Source of the DNA: Escherichia phage phiD2-2
Strand: one strand, 5' to 3'
Sequence record: OR861627.1
Length of the DNA stretch: 49,337 nucleotides
Program-made: the position numbers and the translations under genes
Shown: one piece after another, positions 42,384 through 49,337 of the stretch
How positions within the stretch are numbered: the stretch's first letter is position 1
Layout of the letters: each line of letters begins with the position of its first letter
Notes under the pieces: model-generated
What the model saw: the letters and a program-made list of their open reading frames with translations, nothing else
The model's database searches: none
Told to the model about the DNA's origin: nothing

Positions 42384-43319
42384 TTATAGTAGATCACTTG
42401 CTGAGAATAACTTAGCTTGCATTCCTGAGCGGTATCCTCCCTGATTCGGGATGATTATTTTTAATTGTCTGTCGTCTGCCATGTATAAAGTTTCTTTATC
42501 AGATGGTTCGCACGCCACCCTTACCTCCCGATCTCCCTTGTATCTGTACGCAACCATTTCTAGATTTTCAGGAGTGAAGCAGGCCCATACCTCTTGCTTT
42601 GTGTGAAATGCAATATGCTGAGCATCAATCCAATTAAGGCATAAGTAGATCGCTTTTTCAGTTTTACCAGTCACGGCAACCGAGCAACTTGTGTATTTCT
42701 TTGCATAAAATGACTCCCTACCCTCCTCATCAATAATCAAAATATTGCAAAACTCTTCATCAAGACCGTCCTCGTGTACAAGTTGACATGGTATGGTGTG
42801 AAATACACTCTCGCCGCCATCCTCTCGACGTTTTACGCCAACGTCGAATGATTCAGTAGGTAGCGACTCAAACATGCTTAGAGGTGTGTTTATGCGCTTC
42901 TCTGTGCGCTCCATAACTTTCATCACTGCCTCGTGTTCTGCCATCATAACATTGACGCCAGCTACCGGAGTTCTTCGCGCTTTTTTGTTGGCCTTGACAA
43001 TGTATTCCTGCGGAACCTTGCCGAGAAATCTTCCCAGGATATTTATACATTCGCTGTACGGCATACCAGTTAATTTAATCAACCAACCGACTCCAGAGTC
43101 GTTACCGCATGAGTTGCAGATCGCACCGCCGTCGCCCGGAGTGTTAAGGTTATCAGTCCAGCGAAAGCGGTCCTTACCCCCGCAGTTAGGGCAAGGTTGG
43201 TGTTTCTTATTAAAAACATCATTCGGCAATCCGCAGATTGATTGGAAAGCCTCGCGCCATAACCCCTTCATGTACGGCAAAACGTCCTCTTTCTGAAACA
43301 TCATAAATTCTTCGTTCAC
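42384..43319 (-). CDS. DNA primase (zinc-ribbon + TOPRIM-like)
   Basis: N-terminal CPNCGGKDRFRW...CNSCG zinc ribbon, acidic C-terminal half; followed by a leftward terminator. Confidence 0.6.
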   Translation of the reverse strand: MNEEFMMFQKEDVLPYMKGLWREAFQSICGLPNDVFNKKHQPCPNCGGKDRFRWTDNLNTPGDGGAICNSCGNDSGVGWLIKLTGMPYSECINILGRFLGKVPQEYIVKANKKARRTPVAGVNVMMAEHEAVMKVMERTEKRINTPLSMFESLPTESFDVGVKRREDGGESVFHTIPCQLVHEDGLDEEFCNILIIDEEGRESFYAKKYTSCSVAVTGKTEKAIYLCLNWIDAQHIAFHTKQEVWACFTPENLEMVAYRYKGDREVRVACEPSDKETLYMADDRQLKIIIPNQGGYRSGMQAKLFSASDLL

Positions 43320-43328
43320 TTCCAGATC

Positions 43329-43370
43329 TCCAAAATAAAAAACGCGTAGAAGGATGTTAACCCGCTACGC
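43329..43370 (-). terminator. rho-independent terminator after the HTH gene
   Basis: Leftward reading: stem ACGCGTAG/CTACGCGT then T7. Confidence 0.6.
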
Positions 43371-43376
43371 GTCGTT

Positions 43377-43397
43377 TGTTTTAACTAAAAATGCTAT
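43377..43397 (-). repeat. boundary palindrome copy containing the HTH gene stop
   Basis: Leftward reading ATAGCATTTTTAGTTAAAA with TAA stop inside; terminator follows. Confidence 0.5.
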
Positions 43398-43833
43398 TGG
43401 TCGTCCCGATATCTTCCTTCTTCACGACGCGCATAAATTTCTTGTTCTTGCATCGCTTCTCAAGGCACTTGCCGTTACCGTCAAACTTCAGGTCGAATCG
43501 CAACCATGCGGCACGAAATCCTTTACACCCCTGTCGTCGGTAAGCACGATGCGCAGCTTCAGCACCTTGCCACGAAATCATGTTGCGTTCTTTCCAGCCT
43601 TGCACCGTCTGATTGCTAACCTTTAGAGCTTTTGCGCAGGCCGCAGGGCCACCATAATATTCGATAAGCGCATCAAGTCGCGCTCGCAATCCGGCGCGTG
43701 TTTCTTCTTTATGAATATAGAAGCCGCAGCGCTGTCGAGGCTTTTTATCTTTACCGCGTCGTGTTCCGTTGTTACCATTGATGTGACGTTTATCGATTTC
43801 ACCAGTTGACTCTGCGATACGTTGAATACTCAT
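43381..43833 (-). CDS. putative DNA-binding regulator (Cro/YdaS-like HTH plus Cys-rich C-terminus)
   Basis: AACAKALKVSNQTVQGWKERNMIS looks like a Cro/CI-type HTH; C-terminal cysteines suggest zinc binding; AGGAG RBS abuts a palindrome copy. Confidence 0.4.
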   Translation of the reverse strand: MSIQRIAESTGEIDKRHINGNNGTRRGKDKKPRQRCGFYIHKEETRAGLRARLDALIEYYGGPAACAKALKVSNQTVQGWKERNMISWQGAEAAHRAYRRQGCKGFRAAWLRFDLKFDGNGKCLEKRCKNKKFMRVVKKEDIGTTNSIFS

Positions 43834-43845
43834 CTTAATTCTCCT

Positions 43846-43932
43846 ATAGCACTTTTTGCTAAAAACGTTTACTGTATGCCGTGTATTATAGCGTAAACGT
43901 TACAACGATTCAAAGGATTAATAGACGTGACA
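43846..43932 (+). promoter_or_regulatory. divergent palindrome/cassette between HTH gene and helicase
   Basis: ATAGCACTTTTTGCTAAAAAC, hairpin AACGTTTAC/GTAAACGTT enclosing TATAGC, AAAGGA. Confidence 0.5.
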
Positions 43933-45945
43933 ATGAACATTAAAAAGCAGATTGCATTACTTGGCGAGGACTATATAAAGCGAACTCAGGAGCGATTCAC
44001 TGTCGGTGAGGTTGTTCCTTATCCGTACCAGGTTGTTGCTTATGCTGAGATCGCGAAACGCCTATCAAATTACGAGCATCCATTCTTTGTTAAAGCGTCA
44101 GTATCTGCTGGTAAGACCATCATTTTTGCTATGGTTGCAAAGCAGTGTCAGAAAATGGGCTTAAAAATGCTCGTTCTGGCTCGCCAGGGTGAGATTGTCG
44201 ATCAGGATAGCGAGGAGATTGACAACTTTGGGGTAACTAACTCCATATTCTCAGCCTCATTAGGTATTAAGTCCTGCTATTTTCCTATCGTGGTAGGCTC
44301 AGAGGGTACTGTTGCAAATGGCCTCGACAATGAGCTTGCTGATTTCGTCCCGCATGTAATTGGGATCGACGAATGTCACCAGGTGGATTGGGAAGACCTT
44401 GCGCAAGCCATTGAGGGCAAGGAAACAATGGAACAAATGAGGGGCGAGAAGGGAAAAATCATCATGGATGGAGATATTCCCCTGATTGGTAATGATGGAA
44501 AACCTTTGCTTGGGACTAAGCGCAGTCAGTACACAATCGTAATCATGGAAATGATGCGGCGCTGTAAAAAGGTTCACGGTCACGATCTCAGAATATTTGG
44601 TATGACTGGATCTGAATTTCGTGGCGTAGTTCCTATTCTGGTAGAGAATCCGAAAGCATTGGGATTCTGGCGTGAGCGAGTAACTGATATCGACACAAAC
44701 TATCTGATTGAGTTCGGTTCTGTTGTGCCGACAATATTCGGTTCAACAGACGGAGTTCATTACGATCTGGATAAGTTCAAGGCGTCGAGCGAGGACGGAG
44801 TGCAGGACTTTACAGAGAAAGACATGAAGGCTATGGAAGATGAGATCCTTCATGATAAATCTCTTACTCAGCGAATCATGCAAATGGTTGCCAAAAAGGC
44901 TGAAGAGCGTAACGCGGTACTGATTACATGTGCTGGTGTGCGCCACTGCAAAGAGGCAGCGGCAGCACTTCCTCCGGGAAGCACCTATGCAATTATTACT
45001 GGCGACACAGACAACAAAACGCGCAAGAAGATTCTGGACGATGTAAGGGCCGGAAAAATTAAATACACCTTTCAGGTAATGGCGCTCACTACTGGTGTTA
45101 ACGTTCCAAATTGGGATTTCAGTGTCATACTCCGCAAAATAGGGTCGCTCACACTGTTGATTCAACTTTTGGGTAGGGGTATGCGTCTGCTTAAATCCTG
45201 GCAGGTTGCTGAGGGAATGGTTAAGCAGGACCATCTGGTATGGGATTTCGCAGGTACGATGGATGAGTTGGGCCAGCTTTATTTCGATCCGATACTTGAG
45301 CAGGCGCAATTCCAAAAGCGTTTTGAAAACGGCAAAGATCCGAAAACATGTCCGAAATGCGGTTGCGTAAATAGCTTCTATGCTCGACGATGCGTTAATG
45401 TCATTGATGGTGAACGTTGTGATCATTTCTGGACTTCTCAGGTTTGTGAGGACCAGGTTGACGAGCGCACCGGAAAAATCCTTGTTAAAGGATGCGGCGC
45501 AGAGAATGACGTTGTGGCCAGAGTCTGTCGTTGCTGTGATGTTTCGCTTGTCGATCCTAACCTGAAGTTATCCGGTAAGGCGTACACTAAGAATGACTGG
45601 TATGAAGTAAAGAATTTTGAGGTTACGCTAACCAAAAACCAGAAAGGCATAATATACAAATACACTCTTATTAACGATGATGGTGATGAGTTCAAGGCGT
45701 ATGAAAAATTCTTCCCCGAGTCTGACTCTAAGATTTGCGGTACGCTATGGAAAACTAAAGGTGTATTGCCACACGTATCGGATCCTAAAATGCGCCGATA
45801 CTTTATCGGAATGAAGAACGCCATCAAGATTTTGCAATACTCACATCATATTGCTCACCCGGTGCGCGTAACTCATCGTCGCAACCAGAAGAAAGAAGAT
45901 ATTATCTCACGAAAAGACTTTGGTATGGAGGATATCCCGGAATGA
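43933..45945 (+). CDS. ATP-dependent helicase (SF2, DExH-type)
   Basis: Walker A SVSAGKTIIF, DECH box, C-terminal Cys cluster; track start 43927 is an upstream GTG. Confidence 0.8.
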   Translation: MNIKKQIALLGEDYIKRTQERFTVGEVVPYPYQVVAYAEIAKRLSNYEHPFFVKASVSAGKTIIFAMVAKQCQKMGLKMLVLARQGEIVDQDSEEIDNFGVTNSIFSASLGIKSCYFPIVVGSEGTVANGLDNELADFVPHVIGIDECHQVDWEDLAQAIEGKETMEQMRGEKGKIIMDGDIPLIGNDGKPLLGTKRSQYTIVIMEMMRRCKKVHGHDLRIFGMTGSEFRGVVPILVENPKALGFWRERVTDIDTNYLIEFGSVVPTIFGSTDGVHYDLDKFKASSEDGVQDFTEKDMKAMEDEILHDKSLTQRIMQMVAKKAEERNAVLITCAGVRHCKEAAAALPPGSTYAIITGDTDNKTRKKILDDVRAGKIKYTFQVMALTTGVNVPNWDFSVILRKIGSLTLLIQLLGRGMRLLKSWQVAEGMVKQDHLVWDFAGTMDELGQLYFDPILEQAQFQKRFENGKDPKTCPKCGCVNSFYARRCVNVIDGERCDHFWTSQVCEDQVDERTGKILVKGCGAENDVVARVCRCCDVSLVDPNLKLSGKAYTKNDWYEVKNFEVTLTKNQKGIIYKYTLINDDGDEFKAYEKFFPESDSKICGTLWKTKGVLPHVSDPKMRRYFIGMKNAIKILQYSHHIAHPVRVTHRRNQKKEDIISRKDFGMEDIPE

Positions 45946-46358
45946 TTACAGACAAAGGTGATTATTTAGAATTTTACGAGAGAGATCCAAGCGACACTCG
46001 AAAGGAGGACGCTCATCAGGTGGATTGTGTATCCTGGCTGAAATACAATTTTCCTCACCTTCTATTTTGGCACACTGTCAATGAAGGTGAAAAAACAATC
46101 ACATCGGCGCTCAGGGATGAGCAGGCCGGATTACTTAAAGGCGTGTCAGACTTCGTTATCCTGATTGGTGTTAACTCACGATACCCGTTTGCAGCAATCG
46201 AACTTAAGCGGGTTAATAAGTCAGGCAAAGGAAAGGCGTCACCAGTCAGCGACAAGCAAAGGGAATTTCTCCAAAAGGTCCGGGAGCGTGGCGGCTTCTC
46301 TGCCGTCGCATACGGATTCGGGCAATTCAAGATCGCAATTTACGAAATGATGAAATAG
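45942..46358 (+). CDS. VRR-NUC domain nuclease
   Basis: GVSDFVIL...AAIELKR...SDKQREFL spacing fits the VRR-NUC core; overlaps helicase stop. Confidence 0.6.
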   Translation: MITDKGDYLEFYERDPSDTRKEDAHQVDCVSWLKYNFPHLLFWHTVNEGEKTITSALRDEQAGLLKGVSDFVILIGVNSRYPFAAIELKRVNKSGKGKASPVSDKQREFLQKVRERGGFSAVAYGFGQFKIAIYEMMK

Positions 46359-46425
46359 CACTTTTTGTTAAAACTGCCGGGATGGAATCTGGCATTATTA
46401 TCTCACCAAAACGAGAGGAATAAAA
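46355..46425 (+). promoter_or_regulatory. gene-boundary cassette upstream of Dam
   Basis: ATAGCACTTTTTGTTAAAAC with the VRR-NUC TAG inside, hairpin, ATTATT, CACCAAAACGAGAGGAAT. Confidence 0.55.
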
Positions 46426-47139
46426 ATGAAAGACTTTAATGATATCGAAACTATCGACTTTGCAGAAACTGGTTGCTCATTCACTCGCGAAGCAATAGCA
46501 TCAGGCGGTTATTATCAGGCATTGAAAACGCCAACCTGCAAAGAGATTTCAGGGCGTCGATACAAGGGGACAAATACCCCTGACGCTGTTCGTGATTTAT
46601 GGTCAACCCCGCGCGAGGTTATCGCATACCTTGAGGGTCGTTACGGAAAATATGATCTAGACGCTGCGGCAAGCGAAGAAAATAAAGTTTGCGAGAAGTT
46701 TTATTCCCAGGAAACAAACTGCTTAAAACGTTGGTGGGGTAAAAATAAGCACGTATGGTTAAATCCTCCTTATAGTCGACCTGATATATTCGTCAAGAAG
46801 GCGATCGAGCAAATGGAGCACAACAATCAGATTGATATTCTGTTGCCTGCCGATAATTCCACAGCGTGGTTTACTGAGGCGAGACAGAACGCGGCTGAGA
46901 TTATCTGGATTGAAGCTGACTTGACTGAAGATATCGACGGTAACGAGTACGCCAGATCTGGTCGCCTGGCTTTCATATCCGGTGAAACTGGAAAGGCGGT
47001 TGACGGCAATAACAAGGGTTCGGTAATTTTCATAATGCGCGAACTTAAAGAGGGTGAGACACAGCAAACTCACTATATCCCAATCACAAGCATTTGCCCT
47101 TCGGTGAAAAACAAGCGCGCAAAAGTGAGGAAAGTATGA
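46426..47139 (+). CDS. dam: DNA N6-adenine methyltransferase (phage Dam family)
   Basis: WSTP, DLDAAAS and NPPYS motifs; own boundary cassette upstream. Confidence 0.75.
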   Translation: MKDFNDIETIDFAETGCSFTREAIASGGYYQALKTPTCKEISGRRYKGTNTPDAVRDLWSTPREVIAYLEGRYGKYDLDAAASEENKVCEKFYSQETNCLKRWWGKNKHVWLNPPYSRPDIFVKKAIEQMEHNNQIDILLPADNSTAWFTEARQNAAEIIWIEADLTEDIDGNEYARSGRLAFISGETGKAVDGNNKGSVIFIMRELKEGETQQTHYIPITSICPSVKNKRAKVRKV

Positions 47140-47387
47140 TGAACGAGAAAATGATTCCGGTTAAGTTAACTGATCAAGGTTTATGGCTGCTTTATCGAGC
47201 TACCTGCTGCGAAATCATGGAACAAAACGGATTGACGCAGGATGTTATTGGTTGCGATCTGTGGGAGTTCACTAGCTCTCTTGATATGTCTTTCGATGAG
47301 ATAAAAAATGAATACATAGAGAATTGGCCTTCAATCATACAGAGAGACGTAGAGGAACTTAAAGCTGATATGATCGTTCAGCACTAA
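47136..47387 (+). CDS. hypothetical protein (about 83 aa)
   Basis: Track ORF 47094..47387 trimmed to MMNEKM with GAGGAAA RBS. Confidence 0.5.
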   Translation: MMNEKMIPVKLTDQGLWLLYRATCCEIMEQNGLTQDVIGCDLWEFTSSLDMSFDEIKNEYIENWPSIIQRDVEELKADMIVQH

Positions 47388-47453
47388 TTGCTAAAACTAC
47401 CCGGCGAAAGTCGGGTATAGTTATTTCATCGAGACGAAATGAGGAATCAAAAG
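47379..47453 (+). promoter_or_regulatory. gene-boundary cassette
   Basis: CAGCACTAATTGCTAAAAC with TAA stop inside, hairpin CCCGGCgaaaGTCGGG, TATAGT, CATCGAGACGAAATGAGGAAT. Confidence 0.55.
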
Positions 47454-47663
47454 ATGGCACGCATTAACGCAAACTTTTTCAATATCGCTCAACAGTCCGC
47501 AAAAATGGCTGTTCATATCACTGACAAGAAAGGCGGCAACTTTGATTGGGATATTGCTATGAACTTCCTTAAAATGGCTTATTACCTCTGCTCAGTCAAA
47601 GATGTTGAGTGTTTTATTGAAAGCGTGGAGAAACCAACCAATGCTGATAAAAAAACAAGGTAA
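47454..47663 (+). CDS. hypothetical protein (about 69 aa)
   Basis: Track ORF 47439..47663 trimmed to MARINAN with GAGGAA RBS. Confidence 0.5.
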   Translation: MARINANFFNIAQQSAKMAVHITDKKGGNFDWDIAMNFLKMAYYLCSVKDVECFIESVEKPTNADKKTR

Positions 47664-47913
47664 ACGAGAGGTTTGGGATCACGCGAAGGAGTGCGGAATC
47701 TCAGACGATATAGCACTAATAGCAAAATATTTCGATATAAAGGATGTTAGCATCATCTCAAACGGAAAGATTTCATTTATGGAAGATATGCCGAGAAAAA
47801 TGCATAGAGTGCCAGCCACCCCATCACTTGAATTTTATCGTGAAGAAGGAAAGAGAATTGAGCGAGAACGAAAAACAGCAAAGAACAACAAGTCTTCCAG
47901 GCTTAAACATTAA
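47641..47913 (+). CDS. hypothetical protein (about 90 aa); start uncertain
   Basis: Track ORF 47602..47913 trimmed to the ATG after GGAG; overlaps previous gene. Confidence 0.35.
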   Translation: MLIKKQGKREVWDHAKECGISDDIALIAKYFDIKDVSIISNGKISFMEDMPRKMHRVPATPSLEFYREEGKRIERERKTAKNNKSSRLKH

Positions 47914-48145
47914 CGCAGAAGATTATCAGACTATCTGGATCGGAAAAAAGCAGGTTAAGAAAATCCCTTTCTCTGATTGGTTGCCTCCTGACTTCGTTAA
48001 TGTGCTTTGCACCATCGGTATGGAACAGGAGTTGCATATAGGTTATTACTCACCAGGTAGAAACAGCATAATGCTTGAGGTTGATGGGAAACTTGTTGAG
48101 TTTAAATCTTCAGATCTCGGATTCTGGTTAAAGGCTGTGGCATGA
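47744..48145 (+). CDS. hypothetical protein in the +1 frame, overlapping 47641-47913; start unresolved
   Basis: Track ORF; protein-like downstream half (DYQTIWIGKK...GFWLKAVA) but no good RBS at the listed ATG. Confidence 0.3.
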   Translation: MLASSQTERFHLWKICREKCIECQPPHHLNFIVKKERELSENEKQQRTTSLPGLNINAEDYQTIWIGKKQVKKIPFSDWLPPDFVNVLCTIGMEQELHIGYYSPGRNSIMLEVDGKLVEFKSSDLGFWLKAVA

Positions 48146-48223
48146 ATCTTTATTTTGCTGTAGTATTAACACCGCTAATTTCATTTTTAGTAATGTATTT
48201 CATTATCATGTAAGGATTAAAAT

Positions 48224-49337
48224 ATGTCACAAGCTAAAATCACTACCGAACAACTTGTCGAAGAGCGCATGAACGGCCTAACACTTCGCGAGATCGCGGA
48301 AAAGTACGGTATGCACATTCGAACTGTTGAAGCTCGCCACGCAAAGTTGGCAAAAGAAGGTCACTTCCACGGTAACGAGCATGTTGCTAAGAACGTACCG
48401 GAAGGATTCATGGTAAAAGGCACATCAACGATGATTCGCGGCGATGGGACCGAGGTGGTGCGCTGGGTTAAGACCGATCAGGACCGTGAGAAGATTGCAG
48501 CAATGATGGAAGCGGCGCGTATTGCATTCTGTGAAGATCTGCCGCGAGCAAAGCCAACTGAGCTACTAACCTCACAAGGGCTTACTACAGCGATGGGTAA
48601 GCTGGCACTCTATCCGGTATTCGATCTTCATATTGGCGCGCTTGCTCATAAGCATGAATGCGGAGAGAACTATTCTACCGATGTAGCGGAAAAAGTGCTG
48701 AGTGACTTCTTTAATTACGCGATCGATATTGCTCCGAACGCAGAGAAGGCTGTTCTGTTAATCGGCGGTGACTTCCTGCACTCTGACGGACTTGATGCAG
48801 TTACTCCGGCAAGCGGTCACGTTCTTGATCAGGATTCACGATATGCTAAATTGGTGCATGTAGCGATTCGATCGGTGCGACGAGCTATAGACAAAATGCT
48901 GACGAAACACAAAGAGGTCGAAGTTCAGGTTATCGAAGGAAACCACGACCAGGCCGGGATGATTTGGTTACGCGCAGCAATGGCAGCATACTATGAAGAC
49001 GAGCCGCGAGTATTCGTTGACGTCAGTCCTATGATTCTGCATAAGACTCGTTGGGGAAATACCTTGTTGGGATACACTCACGGGCACACTATGAAAAAGG
49101 CAGACACGCGACTTGCAGCGATGGCAGCAGATTTCCGATCGGATTTCGGCGAGAGCAAGTATGTGTATACTCATAGCGGGCACTGGCATCACCAGACAAT
49201 CACTGAGCACTCGCTAGGTATTGATGAAGTACACGGTCAGTTAGGCGCGAAAGATGCATACGCAGCACGCGGAGGGTGGCGCTCATATCGCCAGGCGGCG
49301 GTAATTGTTTACGATAAGCAGTTTGGTGAAATCGGTC
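48224..49337 (+). CDS. HTH-containing calcineurin-like metallophosphoesterase (SbcD/Mre11-like?), 3'-truncated by window edge
   Basis: AAGGA RBS; N-terminal HTH-like LTLREIAEKYGMHIRTVEARHAKL; phosphoesterase motifs FDLHIG, GGDFLH, GNHD, YTHGH, SGHWHH; frame open to window end. Confidence 0.6.
   Translation, partial: MSQAKITTEQLVEERMNGLTLREIAEKYGMHIRTVEARHAKLAKEGHFHGNEHVAKNVPEGFMVKGTSTMIRGDGTEVVRWVKTDQDREKIAAMMEAARIAFCEDLPRAKPTELLTSQGLTTAMGKLALYPVFDLHIGALAHKHECGENYSTDVAEKVLSDFFNYAIDIAPNAEKAVLLIGGDFLHSDGLDAVTPASGHVLDQDSRYAKLVHVAIRSVRRAIDKMLTKHKEVEVQVIEGNHDQAGMIWLRAAMAAYYEDEPRVFVDVSPMILHKTRWGNTLLGYTHGHTMKKADTRLAAMAADFRSDFGESKYVYTHSGHWHHQTITEHSLGIDEVHGQLGAKDAYAARGGWRSYRQAAVIVYDKQFGEIG

Noticed and set aside
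29-47453. Boundary palindrome as a CRISPR-like array or as the -35 element of standard sigma70 promoters
   Set aside because: Copies are at irregular gene-sized intervals with no regular repeat-spacer periodicity, so not CRISPR. Spacing to the -10-like hexamer is a constant 22 bp, outside the 16-19 bp sigma70 window, so TTGCTA cannot be a canonical -35; several cassettes carry TGn extended -10 elements instead.
1-49337. Lysogeny module (integrase, CI-type repressor, attachment site) or transposable element
   Set aside because: No integrase-like ORF, no tRNA-flanked att-type repeat and no transposase-like ORF recognised; gene content fits a virulent phage. The one HTH protein (43381-43833) sits in the replication region.

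Overview
The window reads as a near-complete genome of a virulent T1-like siphovirus of enterobacteria (Drexlerviridae-type architecture); the last ORF runs off the 3' edge. No integrase, repressor, tRNA, CRISPR array or IS element was recognised. Everything below is by-eye reading of the sequence and the ORF track; no searches were run, so all homology calls are motif-level and hand-derived coordinates carry about +/-2 nt. Layout: (i) 1-1515, small ORF then lysis cassette (holin, SAR-type lysozyme, T1-style unimolecular spanin); (ii) 1515-7470, leftward early operon of small genes plus a DUF3987-like P-loop protein and a C5-methyltransferase-like gene; (iii) 7.5-8.15 kb, AT-rich divergent hub with repeat arrays; (iv) 8155-16540, rightward early genes, mostly small hypotheticals, with an ASCH-like protein, a Pnkp-like HAD phosphatase and a T4 gp1-like dNMP kinase; (v) 16.6-37.7 kb, late operon: TerS, TerL, portal, MuF-like head protein, scaffold, two paralogous capsid-associated proteins, major capsid, connectors, major tail, G/GT chaperone with a -1 frameshift site, tape measure, lambda-like M-L-K-I-J tip, two small fibre-region proteins; (vi) leftward Cor/Llp-like lipoprotein, second AT-rich hub, then exonuclease, Erf, SSB, leftward side tail fibre, primase and an HTH/Zn protein, then helicase, VRR-NUC, Dam methylase and a truncated HTH-metallophosphoesterase. 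The most striking signal is regulatory rather than a new gene system: about 25 copies of a gene-boundary palindrome (ATAGCAC-N5-TTGCTAAAAC) that usually contains the upstream stop codon and is followed by a GC-clamped hairpin carrying an extended -10 promoter and a conserved leader. Two AT-rich hubs share a second repeat family (GTGTAAC-N3/4-TGTCTAT).
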